Shown: positions 29,632 to 39,098 of the stretch, one piece after another | Numbering within the stretch: the stretch's first letter is position 1 | How the letters are laid out: the number at the start of each line of letters is the position of its first letter | Source: an uncultured Anaerolineales bacterium | Lineage (GTDB): Bacteria > Chloroflexota > Anaerolineae > CG2-30-64-16 | Direction of reading: 5' to 3' | DNA length: 64,000 nucleotides | Assembly (NCBI GenBank): GCA_964647255.1 | Contig: CAZYGI010000013.1 | Coordinates: 1,846 to 65,845 of the forward strand | Position numbers and translations under genes: made by a program | Notes under the pieces: model-generated | The model's input: only the letters and a program-made list of their open reading frames with translations | Told to the model about the DNA's origin: nothing | Databases searched by the model: none

Positions 29632-31817
29632 ACGATTTTCTGGCCGCGATCGTGACGGCAGTGCAGACGCCCCCGGCTTCACCGATGATCCAGCCGTCCT
29701 TGGCGCCGCACTTTGCGCTCATGCCGGACATCGCCGGCGACAGCATGGCCGTCGGGGGCGATGTCGGTGACCCGCTGTTTGAGGCGGTCGGGATGGCCAA
29801 CGGCGCCTTACCGGGTGCGCCGGATGTTATCCCACCGCTGCTGCCGCTCGGCGTCTATGATGATGACACGGCGCACTTGCCGTGGTCGGAGGCTGAGGCG
29901 CCGGCGTTTGCGGCCGAACCCGGGGACCCGGCCAGTCCGGAGGCTCCGAGCCGATCCACAATCAGCCAACCGGTCTTCGCTGATGCCAGCGCGGATGAAA
30001 CATCTCGCGCCGCCACGATAGATGAATCCGCTCGTAGGAGCGACTTCAGTCGTTCGGCGCAGACCACGGCGGACGAATCCGCTCGTAGTAACGACTTCAG
30101 TCGTTCGGCGCAGACCACGGCGCCTGAAGTCGCTCCTACAAACCGATCCATTTTCAGAGCAGCCAGCCAGGCCTCGCGCGACGCCACAGCAAATGAGAAT
30201 GGACGTCGCAGCTTGCCGCGTTCCGGCGCGAGCCCCGACGTCCCGAACCTCGAAGCTGCTTCACATTCTGGATCAGAACGCTCGCCGCTGTCCGGTTCCG
30301 TTGCAATCACGGACGCTGTTTCAGCGCCGGAGCCGGAGTCCGCGGCGCGCACTGGCGCAACACGGGTGACACCGGGCATTCCACCTGATGCAGACGCGAC
30401 GCGCATCACCGCACAGCCGGTCGTTCCGGCCCCCGCTCACTCGTCATTCGGCACATCTCCCTTGAAGGCGTCCGATGTGGTCGAGCCCGCAGCCGCTAAT
30501 CGGCCGGGCGCAGACGCACCGAAAGCGACCCTCAGGGCGGCAGATGCGCATGGGAGCGCCGGCGCCACGCTGGCTGAAGAGCTCAAACCAGGGCGTACAG
30601 AGCACGAAGTGCAGGCCGGTTCTAAGAGTCATCCTGGCGCCGTTGCGGCTTGGCGGGCGACCGGTGCACCCACACCCGAGAGCCTGTGGGACACCGATCC
30701 CAAGAGAGTTACTTTCGGGATGGAGGCCCTTGTCGGGCGCGCCGCCACGACGGATGAATCCGCTCGTAGTAACGACTTCAGTCGTTCGGCGCAGACCACG
30801 ACGGACAAATCCGCTCGTAGTAACGACTTCAGTCGTTCGGCGCAGACCACGGCGCCTACAGATGCAACGGGTGCGGTGATGCCCGACGAGGTGAAACCAA
30901 GAGCCCTACCAGACTCCCAAACGAACGCGCCCCCCAGGCTTGCGGCTGGCGCACCGCTCGAGGCCACGCGGGCGACGCGCAGCCGAATCCGGCCGGCAGG
31001 ATCCCGCCGCGCCGGGGTGACCCCAGTCCAGGCGCAGGCAGGCGAGGCCATACGCCACGCCGCTCCCGGGCACACCGCTGAGGCTGCGAGCCCCACCTCG
31101 GAGGCCGATGCGAAGCCAACGACATCGTCACTACCCTTCGTAAGTATGGCGCGACCCAGGAGTGAGATACCGCGAGCGACTTTAGCGGAGACAGGCGCGG
31201 CGGCCGCCGAGAACGTAGCGCAAGCTGGCAGCTTGCGCCACTCGCCCGTTCTCAGAGCAGCCGCCCATGCCGTGAGCGGCGCCACCGACGATGAAGCCAG
31301 ACGGGGCAGCTCCCTGCGTGCCGGGGCCAGACCTGCCAACCAGATGTTCAGAGCCGCCAATGAAAGCGGGATGCGAGTGGATGCAGGGCCCATGAACGAC
31401 TCGGACACTGCCCGCCTTGATCCGCGCCGTCCGCGTCCCATGCTCAAAGCGGTGCGTGTCCCTGAGCAGACCGCACCGGTGACAGCCGAGGCGAGGGACA
31501 GCACCCCGGAGCACTTCAACGCGCTGGTCCGCCAGACGGAGCGCGCCGCCACGAGCGGGAGTGTGCGGACCCCATCCATCATCCGGCCTGTGCCGGAAGC
31601 ACCTGCAGCGGTCACAGGCCGGACCGCGGCCTCGGGTCGGTCACAGGTCCAGGAGCTGGCCCCGGCCGAGTCATTGCCCACCATTCGGGTGACCATCGGC
31701 CGCATCGAGGTGCGGGCCCGCAGTACCGAAGCAGCCCCTGTGCCGGCTCGTCCCATGCCGCGCCCCCCGATGTCACTCGACGCGTACCTCGGCCGCGCCG
31801 CAAGAGGCAACCGATGA
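29628..31817 (+). CDS. putative tail-length tape-measure-like protein (Afp14/Cis14-like), low complexity with internal tandem repeats
   Basis: 729 aa, Ala/Pro/Arg/Ser-rich, with four 17-aa DESARSNDFSRSAQTTA units. The C-terminal LPTIRVTIGRIEVRA motif is what I recall from eCIS tape-measure candidates. Translationally coupled on both sides. Confidence 0.5.
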   Translation: MNDFLAAIVTAVQTPPASPMIQPSLAPHFALMPDIAGDSMAVGGDVGDPLFEAVGMANGALPGAPDVIPPLLPLGVYDDDTAHLPWSEAEAPAFAAEPGDPASPEAPSRSTISQPVFADASADETSRAATIDESARRSDFSRSAQTTADESARSNDFSRSAQTTAPEVAPTNRSIFRAASQASRDATANENGRRSLPRSGASPDVPNLEAASHSGSERSPLSGSVAITDAVSAPEPESAARTGATRVTPGIPPDADATRITAQPVVPAPAHSSFGTSPLKASDVVEPAAANRPGADAPKATLRAADAHGSAGATLAEELKPGRTEHEVQAGSKSHPGAVAAWRATGAPTPESLWDTDPKRVTFGMEALVGRAATTDESARSNDFSRSAQTTTDKSARSNDFSRSAQTTAPTDATGAVMPDEVKPRALPDSQTNAPPRLAAGAPLEATRATRSRIRPAGSRRAGVTPVQAQAGEAIRHAAPGHTAEAASPTSEADAKPTTSSLPFVSMARPRSEIPRATLAETGAAAAENVAQAGSLRHSPVLRAAAHAVSGATDDEARRGSSLRAGARPANQMFRAANESGMRVDAGPMNDSDTARLDPRRPRPMLKAVRVPEQTAPVTAEARDSTPEHFNALVRQTERAATSGSVRTPSIIRPVPEAPAAVTGRTAASGRSQVQELAPAESLPTIRVTIGRIEVRARSTEAAPVPARPMPRPPMSLDAYLGRAARGNR
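30021..30122 (+). repeat. 2 x 51-bp in-frame tandem repeat (pair 1) inside the tape-measure-like gene
   Basis: Copies at 30021-30071 and 30072-30122, near-identical. Each contains the palindrome CGACTTCAGTCG. Confidence 0.9.
30753..30854 (+). repeat. 2 x 51-bp in-frame tandem repeat (pair 2), same unit as 30021..30122
   Basis: Copies at 30753-30803 and 30804-30854. The unit GA(T/C)(G/A)AATCCGCTCGTAGTAACGACTTCAGTCGTTCGGCGCAGACCACG is shared with pair 1, 732 bp away. Confidence 0.9.
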
Positions 31818-33004
31818 GCAACGCGCGCGCGATCGCTGTCGTCACCGCGGCCCTGGCCAGCATCTTGACATCGGTGGCCAGGACGGTCCTGTCCGGCACC
31901 GTCATCCATGTGGGGCGGCCAGAGAAACTCCCGGAGCCGGACCGTGATCAGCCCGGCATCAACGTCTTTCTCTTCCAGGTGAGCATCAACGATACGCTGC
32001 GTAACGTGGACCTGCCGATGCGTATGGCCGACGGCCGTCTGGTGCAGCGTCCTACCCTGGGCCTGGATCTGATCTATCTCCTGACCTTTCATGGCCCCGG
32101 CCTTGTGCCTGAGCTGCTGTTGGGACGCACGCTTAGCGCGCTTCACGCCCGTCCGGCGCTGTCACCGGAGCTGGTGGCCAACGCCATCCAACAAAAGGGC
32201 AACGTACCCGGCGATCGCTATCTGCAGGAGACGGACATTGATCAAGCCAAGGGGATCCGTTTCGAGTCGTACCCACTTTCTCTGGAGGAGCTTTCCAAGC
32301 TGTGGTCCGTCTTCTTCCAGATGCCTTACGCCCTCTCGCTGGCCTACCGGGCGACCGCCGTGATGGTCGAGGCTGAGGATTTGCCGGTGCCTGCGCTGCC
32401 GGTGCGTGACATCAGCGCGCGGTCCGGCGCCGGCGGCATCCCGCAGATAGAGCAGATCCTGCCGCCGCTGGTCGAGCCCGACACCCCCATCGTGCTGCGT
32501 GGCCGTAACTTGAGCGCGGCTGACACCTGGATCCAGTTCAGCGGGTCCGCGACGCCCGTGGCGCCACAGGTAACCGCGGATGGCTTGCAGGTCACGCTGC
32601 CCAATGACCTGGCTGCGGGCGCGACGTCCGCGTCGCTGGTCGACGCGACCGGGCGGCCGCTGTCCAACGCCGCGCCGTTTATGCTCCACCCGCGCGTCAT
32701 CAGCGCTGACGTCGCCAACAGGCTGCTCACGGTGAACCTGGTGCCGCAGGTGCAAGCGGGGCAGCGCGTGCGGCTGCTGCTGAATATGGTCGGGAGCCGT
32801 GAGGCGTACACAATCGATGTACCGAACGTGACGCAGTCTACCGGCCAAATTGCGATCCCCGTCCCTGCGCTGCAATCCGGCGGCAGCTACCTGGTGCGCG
32901 TGCAGGTGAATGGCGCGGAGAGCCAGCTCACCACCGTCCCGCCGCCTGATAAGCCGCACAGCCCGGCTCAGCCGTACAACTTCCCGATGGTAACCCTCCC
33001 ATGA
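31814..33004 (+). CDS. DUF4255 (Pvc16/Afp16-like) tail terminator/cap protein with C-terminal IPT-like domain
   Basis: The N-terminus MSNARAIAVVTAALASILTSV...INVFLFQVSIN is typical of the Pvc16 N-terminal domain. The C-terminal PIVLRGRNL...LQVTLP is Ig/IPT-like. ATGA overlaps at both ends. Confidence 0.75.
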   Translation: MSNARAIAVVTAALASILTSVARTVLSGTVIHVGRPEKLPEPDRDQPGINVFLFQVSINDTLRNVDLPMRMADGRLVQRPTLGLDLIYLLTFHGPGLVPELLLGRTLSALHARPALSPELVANAIQQKGNVPGDRYLQETDIDQAKGIRFESYPLSLEELSKLWSVFFQMPYALSLAYRATAVMVEAEDLPVPALPVRDISARSGAGGIPQIEQILPPLVEPDTPIVLRGRNLSAADTWIQFSGSATPVAPQVTADGLQVTLPNDLAAGATSASLVDATGRPLSNAAPFMLHPRVISADVANRLLTVNLVPQVQAGQRVRLLLNMVGSREAYTIDVPNVTQSTGQIAIPVPALQSGGSYLVRVQVNGAESQLTTVPPPDKPHSPAQPYNFPMVTLP

Positions 33005-34989
33005 GCGCGACGACGGCGGCCAACTGGGCCGAAGCCAACTGGCAACATCTGACGAACGCGCTGGAAACGGTGCGCTACGCGTTGCTGCGCCATACCAGGA
33101 AGTACGACATTCCAGAGTCCGCGGGTTCGCCGGCCGCCGGCATGGAACTGTCACCGCCACCTGCCCTGGAGACCGTAGTCAAGTTATTCGGCCTTTCGGC
33201 CTTTGAGCGGGCCGTGCTGCTGCTGTGCGCCGGCTGCGAGCTGGATTCGCGCTTCGCGACCCTGTGCGCGACGATTCATGGGGATCCGCACCAGTCCTAT
33301 CCAACCTTCAGCGTGGCGCTGGCCGCCTTGCCCGACCCCCAGTGGTCGGCAGTGACCCCGGCCGCGCCGCTGCGCGACTGGCAACTGATCCACGTGGAGC
33401 CGGGCGCTAGCCTGACGCGCAACACCCTGCGGATTGACGAGCGCATCCTGCACTACCTGGCCGGCGTTTCGCACCTGGATGCGCAGCTCGCCGGGCTGGT
33501 CCAGCCGCAGGTCCCGCCCGAAAAACTGGCGCCGTCGCACTGGGCCCTGGCCCGCGAGATCGCAGCCACCTGGTCGCAGGCTGCAGGCCAGGGCGCCTTG
33601 CCTGCGATGCAATTATGTGGGCCCGAGGTCGCAGGCAAGCGCGATATCGCCGCGGCAGCCTGCCGCTTGCTGGGCCTGCCGCTCTACCGCATGCCGGCCG
33701 CGGCGCTGCCCACCCGTCCGGGTGAGCATGACCAGATGCTGCGCCTGTGGCAGCGGGAATACCTGCTGGACAACCACGTGCTGCTGTTGGACTGCGACGA
33801 CAGCGACCCGCACGACAAGGCGCTGGAGAGCGCGATCGCACAGATCGTCGAGGCGACGCCCTACATGCCGCTGCTGCTGACCGGCCGCGAACGCCGCGGC
33901 CCGTGGCAGCGCCCGGTGCTCACCTTCGACGTGGTCAAGCCTACCCCGGCCGAACAGCGCCAGGTCTGGGTGGCGTTGTTGGGGCAGGATGCAGAGCTGT
34001 TGGCCCCCCAGGTGGAGCAGATCGTCAGCCAGTTCAACCTGGATGCGCCTGCCATCGCCGCGGCGCACAGCGGCGCGCTGGGGCTGATGGAAGACGCGAT
34101 ACGCAGCGGCGATCGGCCTGCCGAGGAAAAGCTAGGGGACGCGCTCTGGCAGGTCTGCCGGCGGCAGGCCCGCCCCCGCCTGGACGACCTCGCGGCGCGG
34201 ATTGACACCGTCGCCGGCTGGGATGACCTGGTGCTGCCGGACGCCGAACTGGAGATCCTGCACGAGATCGCGGCCCAGGTGCGGGGACGCAGCCAGGTGT
34301 ACGAAAGGTGGGGCTTCCAGGCCAAGAGCCGCCGCGGCCTGGGGATCAGCGCGTTGTTCGCGGGCGCCAGCGGGACGGGCAAGACCCTGGCGGCCGAGGT
34401 GCTGGCCAACGAGCTGCGGCTGGACCTCTACCGCATTGACCTCAGCGCCATCGTCAGCAAGTGGGTGGGGGAGACTGAGAAAAACCTGAGCCGCGTGTTT
34501 GACGCCGCCGAGGCGGGGGGTGCGATCCTGCTCTTCGACGAGGCCGATGCGTTGTTCGGCAAGCGCGGCGAGGTCAAGGACAGCCACGACCGCTACGCCA
34601 ATATCGAGATCAGCTATCTGTTGCAGCGTATGGAATCGTATCGCGGGCTGGCGATCCTGACCTCCAACCTGAAGGAATCGCTCGACAGCGCCTTTGCCCG
34701 GCGCATCCGTTTCACCGTAACGTTTCCTTTTCCCGATGCGGCCGAGCGCGCGGCCATCTGGCAACGGGTGTTTCCGGCCGCAACGCCCACGAAGGGACTG
34801 GACCCGACCAAACTGGCGCGGCTGGATCTGCCGGGCGGCTCGATCCGCAACATCGCGCTCAACGCCGCGTTCCTGGCCGCGGGCGCGGGCGAGCCGGTGC
34901 GCATGGCGCATCTGCTGCGCGCGGCGCGGCGCGAATATGCCAAGCTGGAACGGCCGATCAACGCCGCGGACGTCAAGGACTGGCTGTGA
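33001..34989 (+). CDS. AAA+ ATPase (Afp15/Cis15-like)
   Basis: Walker A GASGTGKT, Walker B ILLFDEADALFGKR, and second region of homology LAILTSNL...AFARRIRF in the C-terminal half. Confidence 0.9.
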   Translation: MSATTAANWAEANWQHLTNALETVRYALLRHTRKYDIPESAGSPAAGMELSPPPALETVVKLFGLSAFERAVLLLCAGCELDSRFATLCATIHGDPHQSYPTFSVALAALPDPQWSAVTPAAPLRDWQLIHVEPGASLTRNTLRIDERILHYLAGVSHLDAQLAGLVQPQVPPEKLAPSHWALAREIAATWSQAAGQGALPAMQLCGPEVAGKRDIAAAACRLLGLPLYRMPAAALPTRPGEHDQMLRLWQREYLLDNHVLLLDCDDSDPHDKALESAIAQIVEATPYMPLLLTGRERRGPWQRPVLTFDVVKPTPAEQRQVWVALLGQDAELLAPQVEQIVSQFNLDAPAIAAAHSGALGLMEDAIRSGDRPAEEKLGDALWQVCRRQARPRLDDLAARIDTVAGWDDLVLPDAELEILHEIAAQVRGRSQVYERWGFQAKSRRGLGISALFAGASGTGKTLAAEVLANELRLDLYRIDLSAIVSKWVGETEKNLSRVFDAAEAGGAILLFDEADALFGKRGEVKDSHDRYANIEISYLLQRMESYRGLAILTSNLKESLDSAFARRIRFTVTFPFPDAAERAAIWQRVFPAATPTKGLDPTKLARLDLPGGSIRNIALNAAFLAAGAGEPVRMAHLLRAARREYAKLERPINAADVKDWL

Positions 34990-35035
34990 AGGGGCGGCAC
35001 GTGAGATCGGTGAGTAGCTTTGAGGAGAAGCAGGG

Positions 35036-36004
35036 ATGCGTGCAATCATGAGGTCTGTGAGCGGACGTGCAACGGGGACAGTGAGATCATCTGCCGCCCC
35101 GTCATCATTACATCCTGCCGGGCCTGGCTTCTCTGTCCGTCAGGGTCACACAATGACGAACCTAGGGAATTTCACCACGCGCTGGGCCGATGAACCGGAC
35201 GTTCGACGATCTGCCGGCAGGGCGTTCACAAGCGTGAATGGGAACATGCGGGAAATTCCGCACCAGGCGGACCGGGAACGCCCGAGCTCGATGGCTCAAA
35301 GCCTGGCGCTGCGGCACATCCAGCGCGCGAATCAACGCGCCGGACGCAGCAACTCGATGGTGCTTTACCGTCACGGCTCGATCACGCCGCTCACGCATCC
35401 TGACGAAGAGGCCGCCGAAGTCGGAGGCGAATTGAACCTGAACGAGCAGACGAGCCCGCATCTGCGCGACTTCGCTGAGCTGACCCACCAGTCTGGACTA
35501 CCAGGAATCGCAGTGATGGCGCCAGTGGCGCCGCGCAACTACCCGACGGCGCACCTACCGGGTGAGCTCAACGAGAAGCCGGATCGCACGCAGGCCGCCT
35601 TGCTCCAGGCCGCGCAGCAGACGGGCATCCCGGTCCACGCGGTCGGCCACAGTTGGGGCGGAGCGGAGACGGTCAACGTGTTGAGCGGGCAGCCGGAGGA
35701 GGTGCAGCAGAACACGACCCTCCATTTCGCCGGCGGCGCCACCTGGCCGACGCGCCAGGAGGAGCTGAAGAAGAATCTGGCAGGCCTCCGATCTCCCGTC
35801 AATCTGTACAAGGGCGCCACGGATCCGGTCACCCATTTCGGCGGGGCCTATGACTATTTCAGTGGTCGGCCGGTGACAGAGCGACCGGAGGTGGAACTGC
35901 ACAGAACCGCGGGCGGACATGGTTTCGCTCAGAGCTACCTCCCAAAGGTGAGCGAAGAGATCGCAAAACGTGAGGAAAGTAAAAAAGTTGGCGGGAAGGA
36001 TTAG
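35036..36004 (+). CDS. alpha/beta-hydrolase-like protein (GHSWGG nucleophile elbow); candidate CIS payload
   Basis: GAGGAG RBS 8 nt upstream. VHAVGHSWGG (Ser codon 35651-35653) fits the G-x-S-x-G motif. Downstream GATDPV and GGHGF are possible acid/His positions. The N-terminal ~100 aa look disordered. Confidence 0.55.
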   Translation: MRAIMRSVSGRATGTVRSSAAPSSLHPAGPGFSVRQGHTMTNLGNFTTRWADEPDVRRSAGRAFTSVNGNMREIPHQADRERPSSMAQSLALRHIQRANQRAGRSNSMVLYRHGSITPLTHPDEEAAEVGGELNLNEQTSPHLRDFAELTHQSGLPGIAVMAPVAPRNYPTAHLPGELNEKPDRTQAALLQAAQQTGIPVHAVGHSWGGAETVNVLSGQPEEVQQNTTLHFAGGATWPTRQEELKKNLAGLRSPVNLYKGATDPVTHFGGAYDYFSGRPVTERPEVELHRTAGGHGFAQSYLPKVSEEIAKREESKKVGGKD

Positions 36005-36010
36005 GCAATC

Positions 36011-36604
36011 ATGAGATTACTTCGATCTCCCATCGTGAGGGCAGGTGCTGTGGGGGCCACTGCGGCAACGGCAGGATACCAGGCCATGCAACAACGTGAG
36101 GCTGTACCCGCCGGCGCCGGGCATCGAACCGACCAGATGCGGGCCGGCAATGTGCCCACTGACCGAAGCGTCACGGGTTTTGCCAAGAACTGGGTATGGG
36201 ATGATCCCACGCATCAGATCCAGGATCAAGGCCGGCAACAGATTGCTGACGCCACGTCGCGGAGCGATACATTCTATGGCTATCTGGTCGCTCGCACCAA
36301 CCGCGCACTCGACAGAAGCGGTTACGGCTTACCCGGGCACTTGGCAAGACCCATCGCTCAAAACGTTGGAGACGAATCCACGGGCAAAATCACCCAGGCT
36401 CAGGCGCACTGGAATGAGGCGAAGGGATTTGCACACCATTATTTCAAAGAGGGATTGTGGAGAGGCAACAATGAAGCTCGAGATCCCATTTACCTAACCG
36501 GCGCGGCGATGAACACCCTTGGGGCGGGCGGTTCCGCCGCGGCGAGCGCTCTCGCCAGGGGATACAAAGCTGATCCGGATAACAATGAGCCGCCGTGGCT
36601 ATAA
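36011..36604 (+). CDS. hypothetical 197-aa protein
   Basis: An ORF with coding-like composition directly after the hydrolase-like gene. No domain recognised. Confidence 0.45.
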   Translation: MRLLRSPIVRAGAVGATAATAGYQAMQQREAVPAGAGHRTDQMRAGNVPTDRSVTGFAKNWVWDDPTHQIQDQGRQQIADATSRSDTFYGYLVARTNRALDRSGYGLPGHLARPIAQNVGDESTGKITQAQAHWNEAKGFAHHYFKEGLWRGNNEARDPIYLTGAAMNTLGAGGSAAASALARGYKADPDNNEPPWL

Positions 36605-36640
36605 TTTGCGCAGATCCGTTATCGGCATGAGGGAGTGAGA

Positions 36641-36982
36641 ATGGACCGGCAGGCCAACCTGGCTTTACGCATCGAGCAGCTCATCCTGCACGACCTGCCC
36701 TACAGCCAACGCAGCCGCGTGGCCGCAGCCATCGAGGCGGAGTTGACCCGCCTGCTGACCGAGCGGGGCATCCCCGAGGGGTGGAGTGGCGACATGCCGC
36801 CCATCAACGCCGGCCCGGTGCACGTCAGCCCGCACCTGTCGGCGGAGACCATAGGCCGGCAGGTGGCGGAAACGGTCTACGCAGGATTTGCCGGCGCCGC
36901 GCGCAGCACAGCGCCGGCCGGAGATCGAGCCGGGTCCGGACAGTTAATGTCGACGGCGCATCCCGGCGGGGAAAATCACTGA
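36641..36982 (+). CDS. hypothetical 113-aa protein
   Basis: The track ORF starts at GTG 36635. ATG 36641 has GGGAG 5 nt upstream. No domain recognised. Confidence 0.45.
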   Translation: MDRQANLALRIEQLILHDLPYSQRSRVAAAIEAELTRLLTERGIPEGWSGDMPPINAGPVHVSPHLSAETIGRQVAETVYAGFAGAARSTAPAGDRAGSGQLMSTAHPGGENH

Positions 36983-36992
36983 GGACGCACCT

Positions 36993-37649
36993 ATGCCTAC
37001 CTACTTGCCGGGACCACGCCTTCTGAAGGGCGCCATCGTCGCGATCGACCTGGCGACCAACCAGCGCAGCGCGATCGTCTTCCAGTATAACCCGGAGACG
37101 CTGAGCCGCTCCCTGCAGCCGCAGATGGCCGGCGGCGACCAGGGACAGCGCTCGCCGGCAGTGCGCTTCACCGGCGCGCCGGTGGAAACGGTCACGCTCG
37201 ACGTGATGATTGACGCCACCGACCAGTTGGAGGCGGGCGACGCGCAGGCCGCCGGCACGGGCATCTACCCCCAGCTCACCGCACTGGAGATGCTGCTCTA
37301 CCCGCAAAGCCAGCAGGTCATCCAGAACAACCAGGTGCTCAGCCAGGGCAGCATCGAGATCGGTCCCTACGTGGCGCCGCTGACGCTGTTCATCTGGGGC
37401 GGCAACCGGGTCCTGCCCGTCCTGCTGACCGGGCTGAACAGCCGCGAGGAGCTGTTCGACAATCACCTGAACCCCATCCGGGCCACGGTGACCTTGAACA
37501 TGCGCGCGCTCAGCTACTCGGACCTGGACAGCAGCCACAAAGGCTATCATCTTTTCCTGGCCTACCAACAGGCCAAGGAAGTCATGGCCCGCCGGGGACT
37601 GGCCAGCGATCCCGACAAGGCTATCGGCGTCAACATCAACCGCCTGTAA
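36993..37649 (+). CDS. CIS tube-initiator/adaptor protein (Afp7/Pvc7 N-terminal-domain-like)
   Basis: LKGAIVAIDL..SAIVFQYNPETLSRSL..VRFTGAPVETVTLDVMIDATD resembles the conserved tube-protein N-domain seen in LysM-containing eCIS proteins. Confidence 0.6.
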   Translation: MPTYLPGPRLLKGAIVAIDLATNQRSAIVFQYNPETLSRSLQPQMAGGDQGQRSPAVRFTGAPVETVTLDVMIDATDQLEAGDAQAAGTGIYPQLTALEMLLYPQSQQVIQNNQVLSQGSIEIGPYVAPLTLFIWGGNRVLPVLLTGLNSREELFDNHLNPIRATVTLNMRALSYSDLDSSHKGYHLFLAYQQAKEVMARRGLASDPDKAIGVNINRL

Positions 37650-37658
37650 GGAGTTACC

Positions 37659-37955
37659 GTGTTCGATCATACCAGCCGTTACTACTACCTGGAAGATAGG
37701 ATCTACGAGACCCCAGACGGCCGCCAGATCGCCTACAAGGCCCGGCGCTTCCTGCCGCAGGGTCAGGCGCTGCCCCTGCTGGGCGAGGCCACCGCACGTG
37801 TGGAAGAACGCCTGGACCTGATTACCGCCCGCTCCTTGGGCGACCCGGCGCTGTTCTGGCAGATTTGCGATGCCAACAACGCCCTGGATCCTTTTGACCT
37901 GGTAGATGAGGCCGGCCGCGTCCTGCGCGTGCCGATTCCCCAGTTCGTGAAGTGA
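37659..37955 (+). CDS. LysM-like / phage tail protein X-like small protein
   Basis: GTG start with TAAGGAG 5 nt upstream. ARSLGDPALFWQICDANNALDPFDL...GRVLRVP resembles a LysM/gpX fold signature. Confidence 0.55.
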   Translation: MFDHTSRYYYLEDRIYETPDGRQIAYKARRFLPQGQALPLLGEATARVEERLDLITARSLGDPALFWQICDANNALDPFDLVDEAGRVLRVPIPQFVK

Positions 37956-37956
37956 T

Positions 37957-39096
37957 ATGAACCCGCCAAACCTTCTCCTCAACCTCCTCATCGGCCGCGT
38001 GGCGCCGGCGCCGGCGCCGATAGAGCTGATGACTGCGCTGGAAAGCGTCGAGGTGAACCAGAGCGACGACGGAGACGCCGGGTTCAGCCAGGGCTTCCAA
38101 CTGATTTTCCGCGCCGAGCGCGACAAGACGCTGACCAGCCAGGTTGCACTGCTGCACCAGCCGCTTCTGCAGCCGGGCGGGCGGGTGATACTCACGGTGA
38201 CCTTGGGTGGAACGCCCCAGGTGTTGATGGACGGCATCATCACCCATCACCAGTTTACCCCAGGCCGGGATGCGCGGTTGGTGGTGACCGGCAAGGATCT
38301 CAGCGTGCTGATGGATATGCTTGAACTCTCGCTGGGGTACCCGGCCATGCCCCACGAAGCGATTGTGGCCCTGGTGCTGGCGAAGTACGCAGCCTTCGGC
38401 ATTATTCCCGAGGTTATCCCGGCGCCGACCGCCTGGACGGGCACGCCGATCCAAGAGGTGCCCTTCCAGGTGGGCACAGACCGCACCTACCTGCGCACCC
38501 TGGCCCAGTCTCACGGGTATATTTTCGGCGTACGGCCGGGACCGGCGCCGGGGGTCAACCAGGCGTACTGGGGCCCCTTGATCAAGATCGGCGTGCCTCA
38601 GAAGGCGCTCAATGTGGACATGGGCGCGTCGACCAACGTGGAGTCTCTCGATTTCTCCAACGACTCGCTGGCGCCGGAGCAGGTGTATGGCCTGGTGCAC
38701 TTGCGAGACAGCGAGGTTCCCGTGCCGATTCTGACCATGGCCACGGTCGGGCTACAGCCCCTGGCCAGCCAGCAGGCCGTCCTTGCGAACCAACCCTTCG
38801 TACGCAAGACACGACTGGCATACCAGGGATCCAGTCCTATCGAGGCCCTGGCGCAAGCCCAGTCCACGACCAACTCGTCAAGCGAGGCCACCGTGACGGG
38901 CACGGGCGCCCTAGACGCCCTGCGCTATCGGGCGATCCTCACCGCGCCGGGCATCGTCGGCGTGCGCGGCGCAGGCGAGAGCTACGACGGCTACTACTGG
39001 GTCAAGAACGTGAAGCACCAGATCAGCCTGGGCGAGTACAAGCAAAGTTTCACCCTAACCCGCGAGGGAACCGGCACGACCACGCAAAGGATGTAA
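37957..39096 (+). CDS. phage late control gene D-like baseplate hub (gp27/VgrG N-terminal-like; Afp8 N-part)
   Basis: The C-terminal YYWVKNVKHQISLGEYKQSFTLTREG is typical of gpD-family proteins. The position immediately upstream of the spike gene agrees. Confidence 0.75.
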   Translation: MNPPNLLLNLLIGRVAPAPAPIELMTALESVEVNQSDDGDAGFSQGFQLIFRAERDKTLTSQVALLHQPLLQPGGRVILTVTLGGTPQVLMDGIITHHQFTPGRDARLVVTGKDLSVLMDMLELSLGYPAMPHEAIVALVLAKYAAFGIIPEVIPAPTAWTGTPIQEVPFQVGTDRTYLRTLAQSHGYIFGVRPGPAPGVNQAYWGPLIKIGVPQKALNVDMGASTNVESLDFSNDSLAPEQVYGLVHLRDSEVPVPILTMATVGLQPLASQQAVLANQPFVRKTRLAYQGSSPIEALAQAQSTTNSSSEATVTGTGALDALRYRAILTAPGIVGVRGAGESYDGYYWVKNVKHQISLGEYKQSFTLTREGTGTTTQRM

Positions 39097-39098
39097 GT

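Noticed and set aside
30021-30854. Regularly repeated 51-bp units as a possible CRISPR array
   Set aside because: There are only two adjacent copies per site with no spacers between them. They are in frame and inside a long ORF, and no cas genes are present.
27760-32146. Long minus-strand ORFs (593 aa and 505 aa) across the sheath-to-tape-measure region
   Set aside because: They lie antisense to genes with strong family signatures and coupled starts, and their composition is again Arg/Gly/Ala-rich.
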